In this document: positions 45,736-59,210 of the stretch, piece after piece
Numbering within the stretch: the first letter of the stretch is position 1
Layout of the letters: each line of letters opens with the position of its first letter
Source: Gemmatimonadales bacterium
GTDB lineage: Bacteria > Gemmatimonadota > Gemmatimonadetes > Gemmatimonadales > GWC2-71-9
Length of the DNA stretch: 64,000 nt
NCBI GenBank assembly: GCA_036279355.1
Contig: DASUJH010000044.1
Location: 3,926-67,925 of the forward strand
Reading direction: 5' to 3'
Position numbers and translations under genes: made by a program
Notes under the pieces: generated by a model
What the model was told of the DNA's origin: nothing
The model's input: the letters and a program-made list of their open reading frames with translations, nothing else
Databases searched by the model: none

Positions 45736-46792
45736 GCCGCCCTCGCCTCGGCCGCCGCGGCGTCATCCGCCTCGGCGACCCTGCCCGCGGCCCGTCGCGC
45801 CCATGCTTCCGCCAACAGGACCACGATGATGATCACCGCCTCGACCACGTACACGGCCACCGCCGGAATCCCCGCCTCGCGTTGCATGGCGCCGGCGCCC
45901 GTCTCGAGCGCGCCGAAAAGGATGCCGGTCGCGAGCACGCCGAGCGGCCGGAGCCTGGCCAGCAATGCCACGGCAATGCCCGTGAACCCGTATCCGGGCG
46001 AGAGATTCTGATAGAGTGCGTACGACACGCCGCCCACCTCGACCCCGCCGGCCAGGCCCGCCAGCGCGCCCGACGCCACCAGCGCCACCGCCGCCACGAC
46101 CTTGGGTGAGATGCGGCCCGAGATCTCCGCCGCGCGCGGCCCAGTGCCGACCGCGAGCAACTTGAACCCCCACACCGTCCGTGCGAGCACGTACCAGCTG
46201 AGCACCGCCGCGAGCACCGCCAGCAGGAATCCCAGGTGCAAGCGCGTTCCCGGCAGCACCGGCAGCCGCGCCGCCTCGCTGATCGGATCGCTCTCGGGAT
46301 AGATTCGCGTCGCCTCCTGAAGCGGACCCTGCACCATCCAGCTCACCAGCGATTCCGCGACGAAGTTGAGCAACAGTGTGCTGATCACCTCCAGCACGCC
46401 GAAACGGAAGGTGAGCCAGGCCGGCAGCGCGGACCACGCCGCGCCCGCGAGCGTCGCCGCGGCGAGCACGGCGGCGACGGCGAGCGGCGCGGGCCAGCCA
46501 CCGGTATGAAGTCCCACCCAGGTGGCCGCGATGGCGCCCGCGTAGAACTGCCCTTCCGCGCCGATGTTGAACGCGGCAGCGCGGAAGGCGACGCAGATGC
46601 CGAGCCCGATGAGGATGAGCGGCACCGACCGCACGAGTGTCGCCGAGCCGATGGCGTACCATGAACCGAATGCCCCGCGCCAGAGCGCGCCGAGCGCGGC
46701 GACGGCATCGTACCCGCCGGCCCAGAGGCCGAGCATCAGCACGACCAGCCCGGCGATGACCGCGAGTGCGCCGGTGCGAAGGCTCGCGATGT

Positions 46793-46796
<4 letters not shown>
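45732..46796 (-). CDS. ABC transporter permease (BMP/nucleoside-type importer)
   Basis: Polytopic. Contains FNIGAEGQF. Coupled to its neighbours by ATGA overlaps on both sides. Confidence 0.8.
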
Positions 46797-48363
<1,567 letters not shown>

Positions 48364-48367
<4 letters not shown>

Positions 48368-49185
48368 AGTCCGGTGGGATGCCGGTGGAACTCCCAGGGC
48401 AGGCCGAATCGGTCGGAGAGGTGCTGCGCCAGCGCCTGCACGCCCACCTGCTCGGTGGCGTAATGCCCCGCGTATACCGCGTTGACGCCCAACTCCATCG
48501 CGTCGAAGTAGGTGTGGTGTGCCCCCTCGCCGGTCACGAGCGTGTCGAGCCCCGCATCGCGCGCCTCCGCGATCGCGCTGCCGCCCGCCCCGGTGAGCAC
48601 GCCGACCCGGGCCGTGCGCTGCGGCCCGCCCGGAATGAGCCGTGCGCTCGTGCCGAGGAGCCGGTTGAGCTCGGCCACGAGCCGATCGCGGTCGTCGAGC
48701 GCGGCGGGTGGCCGACCCCATACGCCGATCGGGATGCCGCCGTGCTCACCCCACCAGCCCTCGATTCCGATTCCGAGCTGCGAGGCGAGCACCACGTTGT
48801 TGCCCACGTCCGGGTGGACGTCGAGCGGGATGTGGGCGGAGTAGAGCGCCATGTCGCGCTCGAGCAGCGCGCGCACCCGCCGCAACCGGCGCCCGGTGAG
48901 TGGAATGCTTCCATTCCAGAAGAGCCCATGGTGCACGATCAGGAGCGTGGGCCCGGTGGCGTTTTCCGCGCCCTCGATCGCCTCGAGCGATGCGTCGACC
49001 GCGGCTACGATGCGGGCTACGCGCCCGCCATTTTCCACCTGCAGCCCGTTCAGCGCGTTGGGCGAATCGGGTACCTCATCGACGCGGAGATACCCGTCCA
49101 AATATCCCGCGATCTCGGCCAGCGCGACGCCGGCATCGCCGTCGGCGGTCCGGTTAGCGGCGGTGCCGCCGCGCGAGCCGCTCAC
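48364..49185 (-). CDS. Nif3-like dinuclear metal centre protein (NIF3 / GTP cyclohydrolase I type 2 homolog)
   Basis: Sequence NGLQVENG ... LLIVHHGLFW ... LYSAHIPLDVHP ... TGEGAHH. Confidence 0.8.
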
Positions 49186-50234
49186 CGCGCCGCCTCGGCC
49201 ATCGGCGCGGGCGGCGCAGGCACCAGCGTTCCCGCGGAAATCGACTCCGCCGCCGCCCTGACCCGCGCCGTGAGCGCGGCCGGCACCAGACTGTCGAGCG
49301 CCGGATTTGCCTCGTAACGCACCACGCCGCTCGCGAGCCCGAACGACTCGACCTTGGGCCGGAACCGCCCCTCCTCCACCTCGCGGCCGACGAGCAGGAA
49401 CGCCCTCGGCAGATCGATCACGGCGGAGCCGAGCACGTGCTTGGGCGCGAGGTGGGTCTGGTCGGCGTTGGCGCCGAACGCGTAGACCCCCGGACTCTCC
49501 TTCACAGCCTGAAAGAGCCCGAGCGCCGCCGCGTCCGCGTTGTGGTGGAACATGTCGGCGCCGGCCCGGATCAAGGCGATCGTCGCCTCCCGGCCCGCCG
49601 CCGCATCATCGAAGTTATTGAGGTAGACCTGACGCGACTGCACCTTGGGATTCACCGCCCGCGCACCCCGCACCCATCCGCGATATGCCGCCTCGATCGG
49701 TGGCAGCCGGATCCCGCCGACAAAACCGATCACGTTGGTGCGGGTCATCCCGCCGGCCACCATGCCGGCGAGATAGCTGGCCTCCTCGAGCCGGAAGATG
49801 AGCGGCGCCACGTTGCCCTGCGCGCGCTCGCCCGACGTCACGATGATGATGGTCTCCGGATACTGCGCCGACACCCGCTCAGCCAGCCGCTGAAACTCGA
49901 AGCCGTGGGCAAACACCAGCCGGTAGCCCTGCGCCGCGTAGGTCCGGAGCGCCTCCTCCTGCTCCGCAGGGGTGCGCGCTTCCACCTGCGAAATCCTGGC
50001 GTGCAGCGAATCGCGGAGCTCGACGAGTCCAGCGTACGCTCCGGAGTTCCATGCCGCATCGGCGATCGAGCCGGGCGTGATCAGGCCGACCCGCATTCCG
50101 TCCCCGCCGCCATCTGCCTCCCCACGATGCGAAGGGCCGCCACGCGTGCAGGCGCCGGCGGCCAGCATTACGACTACAAACCAGCAGCTTCGGCTCACCG
50201 CGCTATGTGCCGCTGGTGACCACCGCGTCGGCAT
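49182..50234 (-). CDS. BMP-family ABC transporter substrate-binding lipoprotein
   Basis: Lipobox LAAGAC, plus VGLITPGSIADAAWNSGAYAG and FAHGFEF. Alternative GTG start at 50198 would remove the 32-nt overlap with the bactofilin gene. Confidence 0.8.
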   Translation of the reverse strand: MPTRWSPAAHSAVSRSCWFVVVMLAAGACTRGGPSHRGEADGGGDGMRVGLITPGSIADAAWNSGAYAGLVELRDSLHARISQVEARTPAEQEEALRTYAAQGYRLVFAHGFEFQRLAERVSAQYPETIIIVTSGERAQGNVAPLIFRLEEASYLAGMVAGGMTRTNVIGFVGGIRLPPIEAAYRGWVRGARAVNPKVQSRQVYLNNFDDAAAGREATIALIRAGADMFHHNADAAALGLFQAVKESPGVYAFGANADQTHLAPKHVLGSAVIDLPRAFLLVGREVEEGRFRPKVESFGLASGVVRYEANPALDSLVPAALTARVRAAAESISAGTLVPAPPAPMAEAAR

Positions 50235-50622
50235 GCGCGTCCTGAATCCGCACTTCGCCGCTTACCCGCCCGCCTTCGAGCACCGCGATCCGGGGGGTCA
50301 CGATGTTTCCCGTCACCGACGCGGTCGCCTGAAGCTCCACCCGATCGGTCGCGTGGATCGAGCCCGTCACCTCGCCGCCGATCACCGCCTCCTTGGTGTG
50401 CAGATCGCCCTCCACCCTCGCGCCCTGCCCGACGAGCACCTGCGCCGCCGCGCGCACCGTCCCTCGGATCTGGCCCTCGATGCGCACCACGCCCTCGGTC
50501 TCCAGGTCCCCCACGATCGTCATGTCCTTGGCAACGATCGAGAACGGCATCTGGTCCGAGCGGCGCCGGCGCAGCTCGTTTCCCTGCTCGTCCCGCGCCG
50601 GCGAATTCGCGAAGATGCTCAT
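50203..50622 (-). CDS. bactofilin (DUF583) cytoskeletal protein
   Basis: Beta-helical repeat pattern (IVGDLETEGVVRIEGQIRGTV ... VEGDLHTKEAVIGGEVTGSI ... TGNIVTPRIAVLEGGRVSGEV). Confidence 0.8.
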   Translation of the reverse strand: MSIFANSPARDEQGNELRRRRSDQMPFSIVAKDMTIVGDLETEGVVRIEGQIRGTVRAAAQVLVGQGARVEGDLHTKEAVIGGEVTGSIHATDRVELQATASVTGNIVTPRIAVLEGGRVSGEVRIQDAHADAVVTSGT

Positions 50623-51413
50623 GGCCTGGCCTCCTTGACCATCGTCAGTGGGTCGAGCGAGACACCCTGGCGGCGGATCTCGAAGTGAAGGTGCGGTGCC
50701 GTGGACCGGCCGCTGTTGCCGGTGAGCGCGATGACCTGCCCTGCTTGCACGGTGTCGCCCTGTGCGACGAGGCGCCGGGAAAGGTGACCGTACATTGATT
50801 GGTAGCCGTCAGGATGCTGGATCAGGACGAACCATCCGTACTGGGGGTCCTCGCCGCTCTCCGCCACCACCCCGCCCCCTGCCGCGCGCACCATGCTGCC
50901 GACTGGCACGGCAATGTCGATGCCGGGATGCGGCTCGTCCCTGGCGTTCTGATTGACCTGGCCGCGGGTGACGAAGCCGGCGTCGTCGAGCGGCCAGTAG
51001 CGCGGCGGCTCGGCCCCCGCCGCGTAGCGCGGCGAACCGCCGGCCGGGTATGCGCGGATGGCCGGCGCGATCGGCAACGTAGTCATGGCCCGCACCGGGT
51101 CCGGCACGATGTCAGCGCCGATCATCTTCCGTACCTGGGCGTAGCGTTGCTCCAGGCTGTCGACCGCCGCGCTCAGCTCGATGATGCGCGCGTTGTCAGC
51201 CTTGAGCCGGGCGACCTGGCGCTCGAGCCCCGGCACCCGGGCGGCGGAGCGCACGATCGGCGCGTAGCCGACCACGCCCGCCGCCACGAGCACCACCAGA
51301 CCGGCCGACGCCCAGCTCCCCGCGCGCAATACCCAGCGTGGCACCCGGTAGGTGCGCGATTCCAGCGCGCCGTCGCGCTGCACCATGATGGTGTAGGCGC
51401 GGCCCGGTTTCAT
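50619..51413 (-). CDS. M23/LytM-family metallopeptidase with N-terminal TM helix and coiled coil
   Basis: Motifs HPGIDIA (HxxxD), MYGHL, HLHFEIR (HxH). TM segment AGLVVLVAAGVVGYAPIV, then a coiled-coil segment. Confidence 0.85.
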   Translation of the reverse strand: MKPGRAYTIMVQRDGALESRTYRVPRWVLRAGSWASAGLVVLVAAGVVGYAPIVRSAARVPGLERQVARLKADNARIIELSAAVDSLEQRYAQVRKMIGADIVPDPVRAMTTLPIAPAIRAYPAGGSPRYAAGAEPPRYWPLDDAGFVTRGQVNQNARDEPHPGIDIAVPVGSMVRAAGGGVVAESGEDPQYGWFVLIQHPDGYQSMYGHLSRRLVAQGDTVQAGQVIALTGNSGRSTAPHLHFEIRRQGVSLDPLTMVKEARP

Positions 51414-52327
51414 CCCGCGTACGCTTCGCCCAGCATGAGCTCGAGCAGGCGCGCGAGGTCGTCGTTGGAGTAGTAGTTGATCGTGAGGAACCCTCGGCCC
51501 CTGCGCCGAGGGTGGATCCTGACGTCGGTGCCAAGGCGCTTGCGCAGCACGTCCTCGACGCGGCGCGCATCGGGGGAGAGCATGCGCCCGTCGCGCCTGC
51601 GGCCACTCGCGTGCCCTCCGCCAGCCTTCACGCCGTCCGGGGCTTCTTCTGCCGGCAAGTCATCGCCGCGCCGCACCCGCTCCTCGGTGTCGCGAACCGA
51701 CCACCCCTCGTCGGCCGCCTGGCGCGCCATGCGCAGCAAACGCGTTTCGTCTTCGATCGTAAGCAGGGCGCGGGCATGGCCTTCCGACAGCCGACCCTCG
51801 TGCACGAGCGCCTGCACCTCTGCGGGCAGCCGCAGCAGCCGGAGCAGGTTCGCGACGGTCGAGCGATTCCGCCCGACGCGGCGCGCCACCTCCGCTTGCG
51901 CCACCTCGAACTCTTGCATCAAGCGCCGATAGCCGAGCGCTTCATCGATGGCCGAGAGGTCGTTGCGCTGAAGGTTCTCGATCAGCGCGAGCGTGAGCAG
52001 CGTCTGGTCGTCGGCTTCTTTGACCACGGCGGGTACGGTCGCCCAGCCGAGCCGCTGCACCGCACGCCACCGCCGCTCTCCGGCGATCAGCTCGTAACCG
52101 GCGCCCGCAGCGCGCACGAGCACGGGCTGCAAGAGCCCTGATGCTTCGATCGACGCCGTGAGCTCGGCGAGCGCCTGCTCGTCGATGCGGGTGCGAGGCT
52201 GGAACGGGTTTGGCCGCACCGACGCGACCGTCAGCTCGCGCAGCGCACCGGAAGCCTCGGCCTGCTCGCGGGAAATCGGGCCAAGCAATGCACCGAGCCC
52301 GCGTCCGAGTCGCTTGGTTTCGGTCAT
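51410..52327 (-). CDS. parB: chromosome partitioning protein ParB
   Basis: Sequence KRLGRGLGALL ... NPFQPR ... LLQPVLVR ... GERRWRA ... LIENLQR. ATG 52327 overlaps the parA stop (ATGA). Confidence 0.92.
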   Translation of the reverse strand: MTETKRLGRGLGALLGPISREQAEASGALRELTVASVRPNPFQPRTRIDEQALAELTASIEASGLLQPVLVRAAGAGYELIAGERRWRAVQRLGWATVPAVVKEADDQTLLTLALIENLQRNDLSAIDEALGYRRLMQEFEVAQAEVARRVGRNRSTVANLLRLLRLPAEVQALVHEGRLSEGHARALLTIEDETRLLRMARQAADEGWSVRDTEERVRRGDDLPAEEAPDGVKAGGGHASGRRRDGRMLSPDARRVEDVLRKRLGTDVRIHPRRRGRGFLTINYYSNDDLARLLELMLGEAYAG

Positions 52328-53205
52328 GAGGTCACCTCGGGCGTCTCCTCGACGATGGGTTCGGGCGGCGCGGGCGTCGCTTCGATCGGCCCGCCTTCGA
52401 TTCGATGGATCAACTCCTGCGCGACGGCGAGATAGCTCTTGGCGCCAACCGACTGCACGTCGTACAGAAGAATCGGCTTGCCGAAGCTCGGCGCTTCCGC
52501 CAGACGCACGTTCCGCGGCACCGGCGTGCGGAACACCTTCGAGTCGAAATACTCCTTTGCGTCCTCGGCCACCTGACGGCAAAGGTTGAGGCGCGAATCG
52601 TACATCGTGAGCAACACGCCATCGATGGCGAGCGGCGGATTGAAATTCTGCTGCACGAGACGCACGGTGTTGAGCAGTTGTGAGATGCCTTCAAGTGCGT
52701 AGTACTCGCACTGAATAGGAATGAGCACGCCCTGCGCGGCGGCGAGCACGTTGAGCGTGAGGAGACCCAGGGACGGCGGGCAATCGACGAGAATGAAATC
52801 GTAGCTTGCCGCGGCGGGGGCGAGAACGTCCCGCAACGCGCGCTCGCGCCCTTCGCGTTCGACGAGCTCGAGCTCTGCGCCGACGAGATCCTGGGTGGCA
52901 GGGACGAGGTCGAGATGGGGCAGCAGCGTGCCGCGAAGAAGGATGTCGCCGATGGGCCGGCCGCCCATGAGCGCATCATAGAGCGACGCGCCGAGCGAAC
53001 CCTTATCGACGCCGAGCCCGCTGGTTGCGTTGCCTTGCGGGTCGGCATCGACAAGCAAGGTCCGGCGCTCCGCGCTGGCGAGCGACGCCGCGAGGTTAAC
53101 GGCCGTGGTGGTCTTACCGACGCCGCCCTTCTGGTTGGCGACGGCGATTACCCTCGCTTGGGTGCGATTTTCTAAATCGTTGTATGACAAAGACTTAAAT
53201 GCCAA
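52324..53205 (-). CDS. parA: chromosome partitioning ATPase ParA/Soj
   Basis: Deviant Walker A NQKGGVGKTTT, plus LLVDADPQGNATSG and DFILVDCPPSLG. Confidence 0.92.
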   Translation of the reverse strand: MAFKSLSYNDLENRTQARVIAVANQKGGVGKTTTAVNLAASLASAERRTLLVDADPQGNATSGLGVDKGSLGASLYDALMGGRPIGDILLRGTLLPHLDLVPATQDLVGAELELVEREGRERALRDVLAPAAASYDFILVDCPPSLGLLTLNVLAAAQGVLIPIQCEYYALEGISQLLNTVRLVQQNFNPPLAIDGVLLTMYDSRLNLCRQVAEDAKEYFDSKVFRTPVPRNVRLAEAPSFGKPILLYDVQSVGAKSYLAVAQELIHRIEGGPIEATPAPPEPIVEETPEVTS

Positions 53206-53288
53206 ACCGACCGGGGTTGTCTTGCGAGTGGGCCTCAGGGAAACTCGCCGAATATACGAAGTGATGCCGCGCGGGTAAACCGGGTGCC

Positions 53289-53304
53289 CGTTTCACGTGA
53301 AGCC
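53289..53304. promoter_or_regulatory. parS-like site (13/16 match)
   Basis: CGTTTCACGTGAAGCC compared with consensus TGTTTCACGTGAAACA. It lies in the intergenic region upstream of parA. Confidence 0.55.
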
Positions 53305-53435
53305 GCCCGACTACAGCCGGTCCGGGCAGGTAGTCCGGTTAGCGGCAAGGCATCGCCCGCGGCGCTCGGTACGCGTGCTCGGCATTGTACCGGGCGCCTA
53401 CCGACGTCGAAGAAATTTGGTTCGAGCGTGGATCG

Positions 53436-55373
53436 CTAGTAGGCTTGCGGCCGCGAGCTCTCGACCGGGCATGTCCTTGCGGTGGAGTCAAGCTCTGTTT
53501 CACGTGAAACTCCACTGCGGCGAGCGCGGACCAGGGCGGAGACGACCGCCTGCAGGTCGCTGGGTGAGACTCCGGGAATTCGCCCTGCCTGTCCGAGCGT
53601 GCTGGGGCGGATCGAAGAAAGCTTCTCACGCGCTTCGAAGGATACCGAGTGAAGCTCGCCATACGATAGATCCACGGGCAATGGAAAGTGTTCGAGTTCC
53701 AGTAGCCGCTCGGCCTGCGCGCGTTCGCGCGTGAGGTAGCCCTCGTATTTGAGCTCGATCTCCGCCCACTCGCACTCGTCGGCCAAGATCGGATTCTCGG
53801 CCCCGGCCGAGAGAAGTAGAGCGGCCAAGCTCACGCCAGGCCGCTTCACGAGCTCGGCGACGCATGCCGCAGCACGAAGTGGCTCGGCGCAGGCCTTCTC
53901 GAGAATGGGGTTGGCGCCCGCCGGCGCGATCGTCGTTTCCCCAGCAAGCTCGGCCACGCGCTCTTCTCTGGCCAGCCGCTCGTGCGCGTTCCGCAACTCG
54001 GAGTTGCTGAGAACGCCGAGCCGCTCCGCCAAGGGGAGCAACCGGCGGAGCGCGTTGTCCTGCCGCAGGAGGAGCCGGTACTCTGCTCGGGATGTGAACA
54101 GCCGGTACGGCTCGTCCACACCTTTGGTCACGAGGTCGTCGGCCAGGACGCCGATGTACGCCTGAGCCCGGCCAAACACGACCGGCTCACGATCAAGCGC
54201 TAGGGCTGCCGCATTCAGGCCCGCCAGCGCTCCCTGACCCGCAGCTTCCTCGTAGCCAGTGGTGCCGTTCACCTGACCGGCGAGAAAGAGGCCCCGGACT
54301 GCCTTTGCTTCGAGAGTCGGCCCAAGCTGCGTCGGAGGGATGTAGTCGTACTCTATCGCGTAGCCGGGGCTCGTCATCTCGACGCGCTCGAGCCCTCGCA
54401 CCGAGCGGAGCATTTCGAGCTGAATGTCGGGTGGCAGAGAGGTCGAGAGCCCGTTCACATACAGCTCTGACGTGTCGAGACCCTCGGGCTCGAGGAACAC
54501 CTGGTGCCGCTCGGCGTCCGGGAACTTGACGATCTTATCTTCGATGGACGGGCAGTACCGCGGGCCTCTGGAGCTGATCGCGCCACCGTACAGTGCTGAC
54601 TCTCCAAGATGCCGTTCGACGATGGCCCGCAGCAGAGCATCGGTGTGGGTCAAATGACAGGGCAACTGGGGAGGGTGCTCAGCGCGCTCGTGGAACGAGA
54701 ACCAGTAGGCGCCCGGATCGCCATCTTGGCGAGCAAGACGCGAGAAATCGACGGAGCGACCATCAATTCTCGGCGGGGTTCCAGTCTTGAAGCGATGTAG
54801 CGTAAGCCCAAGCACATCAAACGCTTGCGATATTGCATTGGCGGGAGCCTCGCCTGCCCGGCCGGCGGGAATTCGCATCGACGTGCCGATGTGAATCGTG
54901 CCTCGCATGAACGTCCCTGCGGTGACCACGATCGCCGGGGCGTCGTACCGCCGCCCGGCGGTAGTCACGATGCCGTCCACTCGAAGGCCGCTCACTCCGA
55001 TCGACGCCACATCACCCTGCACCAGTTCCAGGCTCGGCCGGCGCTCGAGCAGCGAGCGCACGGCGTGCCGGTAGAGCTTCCGATCGCACTGCGCTCTCGG
55101 CGCCCAGACCGCCGGCCCCTTCGAACGGTTCAGCATCCGGAACTGGATCCGCGCCCGATCGGTGGCGCCGCCCATGATTCCACCGAGCGCGTCGACTTCG
55201 CGCACCACGGTGCCTTTGGCAATGCCGCCGATGGCGGGATTGCACGACATCTGCCCGATGGTGTCGAGATTGTGCGTGATGAGCAGGACCCGTGCGCCCA
55301 CACGCGCGGCCAGGGCGGCCGCCTCTGCTCCAGCGTGCCCACCGCCAATCACGATGACGTCGTAGCGCGCCAT
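53436..55373 (-). CDS. mnmG: tRNA uridine 5-carboxymethylaminomethyl modification enzyme MnmG (GidA)
   Basis: Sequence [16 protein letters not shown] ... [13 protein letters not shown] ... RFKTGTPPR ... [13 protein letters not shown]. Confidence 0.95.
   Translation of the reverse strand: MARYDVIVIGGGHAGAEAAALAARVGARVLLITHNLDTIGQMSCNPAIGGIAKGTVVREVDALGGIMGGATDRARIQFRMLNRSKGPAVWAPRAQCDRKLYRHAVRSLLERRPSLELVQGDVASIGVSGLRVDGIVTTAGRRYDAPAIVVTAGTFMRGTIHIGTSMRIPAGRAGEAPANAISQAFDVLGLTLHRFKTGTPPRIDGRSVDFSRLARQDGDPGAYWFSFHERAEHPPQLPCHLTHTDALLRAIVERHLGESALYGGAISSRGPRYCPSIEDKIVKFPDAERHQVFLEPEGLDTSELYVNGLSTSLPPDIQLEMLRSVRGLERVEMTSPGYAIEYDYIPPTQLGPTLEAKAVRGLFLAGQVNGTTGYEEAAGQGALAGLNAAALALDREPVVFGRAQAYIGVLADDLVTKGVDEPYRLFTSRAEYRLLLRQDNALRRLLPLAERLGVLSNSELRNAHERLAREERVAELAGETTIAPAGANPILEKACAEPLRAAACVAELVKRPGVSLAALLLSAGAENPILADECEWAEIELKYEGYLTRERAQAERLLELEHFPLPVDLSYGELHSVSFEAREKLSSIRPSTLGQAGRIPGVSPSDLQAVVSALVRARRSGVSRETELDSTARTCPVESSRPQAY
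53496..53511. promoter_or_regulatory. parS centromere site (15/16 match)
   Basis: TGTTTCACGTGAAACT compared with consensus TGTTTCACGTGAAACA. It lies inside the 3' end of mnmG. Confidence 0.85.
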
Positions 55374-55400
55374 GCTCCTAATATCCAGCCGGTAGACTGA

Positions 55401-55685
55401 CTAGACGCCGAGTGATCCCAGTGGAGTGATTGAAATGACGTCGGCCGATAGCACCACCAGGTGCTTGTGCTCTCCGCGCACACCGAAGGCAGCGCTCCGC
55501 CGGACGAACTCGTCCCTCGCCGGCGTGCCGGCTTCCGACTGATGCCGCGCGACGTCGAGCAGATGCACCCCCGCCGCATCCTGCGTATCGAAGCGCCCGA
55601 TATAGGTGATCCCGCCGCGGGCCTCGAGAACGACGGTAACTCCGTGGAACGCCTGGTGACCGGGGTGAAAGACGTGGCCCGCCAT
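55401..55685 (-). CDS. small hypothetical protein
   Basis: 94-aa ORF with plausible composition, immediately downstream of the bacilliredoxin gene. No family recognised. Confidence 0.45.
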   Translation of the reverse strand: MAGHVFHPGHQAFHGVTVVLEARGGITYIGRFDTQDAAGVHLLDVARHQSEAGTPARDEFVRRSAAFGVRGEHKHLVVLSADVISITPLGSLGV

Positions 55686-56114
55686 CTAAACCGTCGCGCC
55701 GCAGTATTTGTCGAACGCCGCCGTGAGGTTCGCCGCGACGGCCTGCGGGCTCTGGCCTTCGATCTGGTGGCGATGAATGAAGTGCACGACCTCGCCATCC
55801 CTGAACAGCGCCATCGACGGCGAGCTCGGCGCGTATTCGGCGAAGTACTGCCGAGCGCGGGCGGTGGCGTCGACGTCCTGTCCTGCGAAGACGGTCACGA
55901 TGTGCCCCGGTCGGACGGCGTTCCCGAGTGCCAACGCGAGCGCCGGGCGCGCATTCCCTGCGGCACAGCCGCACACCGAGTTGACGAAGACGAGCGTCGT
56001 CCCCCGCTGGTCGCCGAGCGCGTCGTCCACCTCGCCGGCCGTCTTGAGCTCCTTTGCGCCCATGCGCACCATTTCATCGCGCATCGGGGCCACGAGTCGG
56101 GGATCGTAAGGCAT
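55686..56114 (-). CDS. BrxA/BrxB-family bacilliredoxin (DUF1094)
   Basis: Sequence MPYDPRLVAPMRDEM ... LVFVNSVCGCAAGNARP (CGC redox motif) ... MALFRDGEVVHFI. Confidence 0.8.
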   Translation of the reverse strand: MPYDPRLVAPMRDEMVRMGAKELKTAGEVDDALGDQRGTTLVFVNSVCGCAAGNARPALALALGNAVRPGHIVTVFAGQDVDATARARQYFAEYAPSSPSMALFRDGEVVHFIHRHQIEGQSPQAVAANLTAAFDKYCGATV

Positions 56115-56168
56115 GAATTCGATTCCTTTGTAGAGAGAGTTGCCAGTCCATCGGGCGCGATTGGCGCC

Positions 56169-56638
56169 CTACTCGGTCGACACCGCCGCGAGCGATGCCG
56201 CGTCGGCCGCCGGAGCATCGAGCGCCGCCTTGAGCGCGTGCCACGAAAGGCTGGCGCACTTGACCCGCACCGGAAACTCAGAGATGCCTGAGAACACCAC
56301 CAGCTTGCCGATTGATTCCCGAGCCTTGTCGGGCGCAAGCGTGCCGGTCACCAGTTGATGAAAGCGCTCGAACAACCGCTCGACCTCCGACCGCGTCTTG
56401 CCCTTCACCGCCGCGGTCATCAGCGAGGCCGATGCCTTGGAGATCGCGCACCCGGAGCCCTGAAAGGTCACGTCGGAGATCACGTCGCCGTCGAGCTTGA
56501 GCCAGACGGTGAGCTGGTCGCCGCAGAGCGGGTTGCGGCCCTCGGCGAGGCGATCGGCATCCTCCATCGCGCGGTAGTTCCGCGGCGCGCGGTTGTGCTC
56601 CAGGATCACGTCCTGATACAGCTCGCCAAGGCTGCTCA

Positions 56639-56639
<1 letters not shown>
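56169..56639 (-). CDS. sufU: SufU/IscU-like Fe-S cluster sulfur-transfer protein
   Basis: Sequence LYQDVILEHNRAPRN ... NPLCGD ... GSGCAIS ... CASLSW. Confidence 0.85.
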
Positions 56640-57904
<1,265 letters not shown>

Positions 57905-57914
57905 GGGCGCAGCA

Positions 57915-59210
57915 TCACTCGATCCCGCCCAGGCGCTCGAGCACCAGGCGGTCGAGCGTCCGGCGCACCGGCTCCAGCGCCACTTCGTTCACGACTTCTG
58001 CCGCGAAGGCGTAGGTGAGCAGCCGCTTGGCAACCGGCTCGGGAATGCCGCGGCTCCTCAGATAGAAGAGTCCGAGCTGGTCCAGGTATCCCACAGTCGC
58101 GCCGTGGGTGCACTTCACGTCGTCCGCGAAAATCTCGAGCTGCGGCTTGGTGTCGACCTTGGCGCCGTTCGAGAGCAGGAGGTTCCGGTTGGTCTGCTTG
58201 GCGTCCGTCTTCTGCGCCTCGGGCCGCACGAGCACCTTGCCGTTGAACACTGCGCGCGACCGTCCGTCGAGCACGCCCTTGTAGACCTCCCAACTATTGC
58301 ATTCGGGGTGGTCGTGATAGATGGCCGTGTGATTGTCCGCCAACTGATCGCCGCGGGTGAGATAGAGCCCGTACATGAGCGTCTCGATCCCGGGCGCATT
58401 GAGCCGCACGTGCAGGTTGTGCCGGCTGATGGCTCCGCCCATGGCCAGGGTGAACGAGCGGTAGTGGCTGCCGCGCGCCTGGTCCACCTGGGTGAGCCCA
58501 ACGTGATACGCCGCCTCGCTCTCGCGCTGGATTCGGGTGTGCTCGGTCCAGGCGCCCTCGCCCGAGGAGACTTCGGTGACGGCGTTGGTGAAATAGGGGG
58601 CGCCCTCCGCCAGCGTGACGTAGCTCTCGACCACCGAGGCGCGCGCCTCGCGCTCGACCACGATGAGGTTGCGCGGGTGGGTAACCGCGCCGGCGGCATC
58701 GGGACTTGTGACGAAGATGAGATGGATGGGCTGCTCGAGCACCGTGCCCGGCGGCACGTAGACCAGCGCGCCGTCTTCGAGGAACGCGGTGTTGAGCGCC
58801 GTGAACGCGCTGCCCTCGACCGGAGCGTGACGCGTGAGATGGCGCTCGATCACGGCGGGATCGCGGTGCAGCGCGGCCGACAGGCTCTCGAGCCGGACCC
58901 CCGTCGGCATTGGCGGAAATATGGAGAGCGCGGGCGACAGCCGGCCGTTCACGAACACCAGCTGCGGCCACTCCGGATGGCCGAACAGAAACGGCGCCAG
59001 CGCCTCGCGCCGCACCGTCGCCGGTGCGGCCGGCCGGAATGCCTGCTGCGAAATGGGCCCGAGCGGCGTGAAGCGCCACTCCTCATCCCTGGCGGTCGGG
59101 AAGCCGACCTCGGCAAAGCGGTTGATCGCGGCGCGCTGCAGCTCCGGCAGCCAGACCGGCGCTCCGTTGGCCGGGCGTGCTTCGAATTGGCGCACATAGG
59201 TTTCGATCAC
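57915..59210 (-). CDS. sufD: Fe-S cluster assembly protein SufD
   Basis: About 431 aa, with the C-terminal SufB/D beta-helix ([12 protein letters not shown] ... [13 protein letters not shown]), positioned between sufC and sufS. Confidence 0.88.
   Translation of the reverse strand: MIETYVRQFEARPANGAPVWLPELQRAAINRFAEVGFPTARDEEWRFTPLGPISQQAFRPAAPATVRREALAPFLFGHPEWPQLVFVNGRLSPALSIFPPMPTGVRLESLSAALHRDPAVIERHLTRHAPVEGSAFTALNTAFLEDGALVYVPPGTVLEQPIHLIFVTSPDAAGAVTHPRNLIVVEREARASVVESYVTLAEGAPYFTNAVTEVSSGEGAWTEHTRIQRESEAAYHVGLTQVDQARGSHYRSFTLAMGGAISRHNLHVRLNAPGIETLMYGLYLTRGDQLADNHTAIYHDHPECNSWEVYKGVLDGRSRAVFNGKVLVRPEAQKTDAKQTNRNLLLSNGAKVDTKPQLEIFADDVKCTHGATVGYLDQLGLFYLRSRGIPEPVAKRLLTYAFAAEVVNEVALEPVRRTLDRLVLERLGGIE

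Noticed and set aside
53206-53435. Looked for a degraded rsmG or a small RNA between mnmG and parA.
   Set aside because: 230 bp is too short for rsmG, and no open frame with methyltransferase motifs is present. Only short hairpins and the weak parS-like site are visible.
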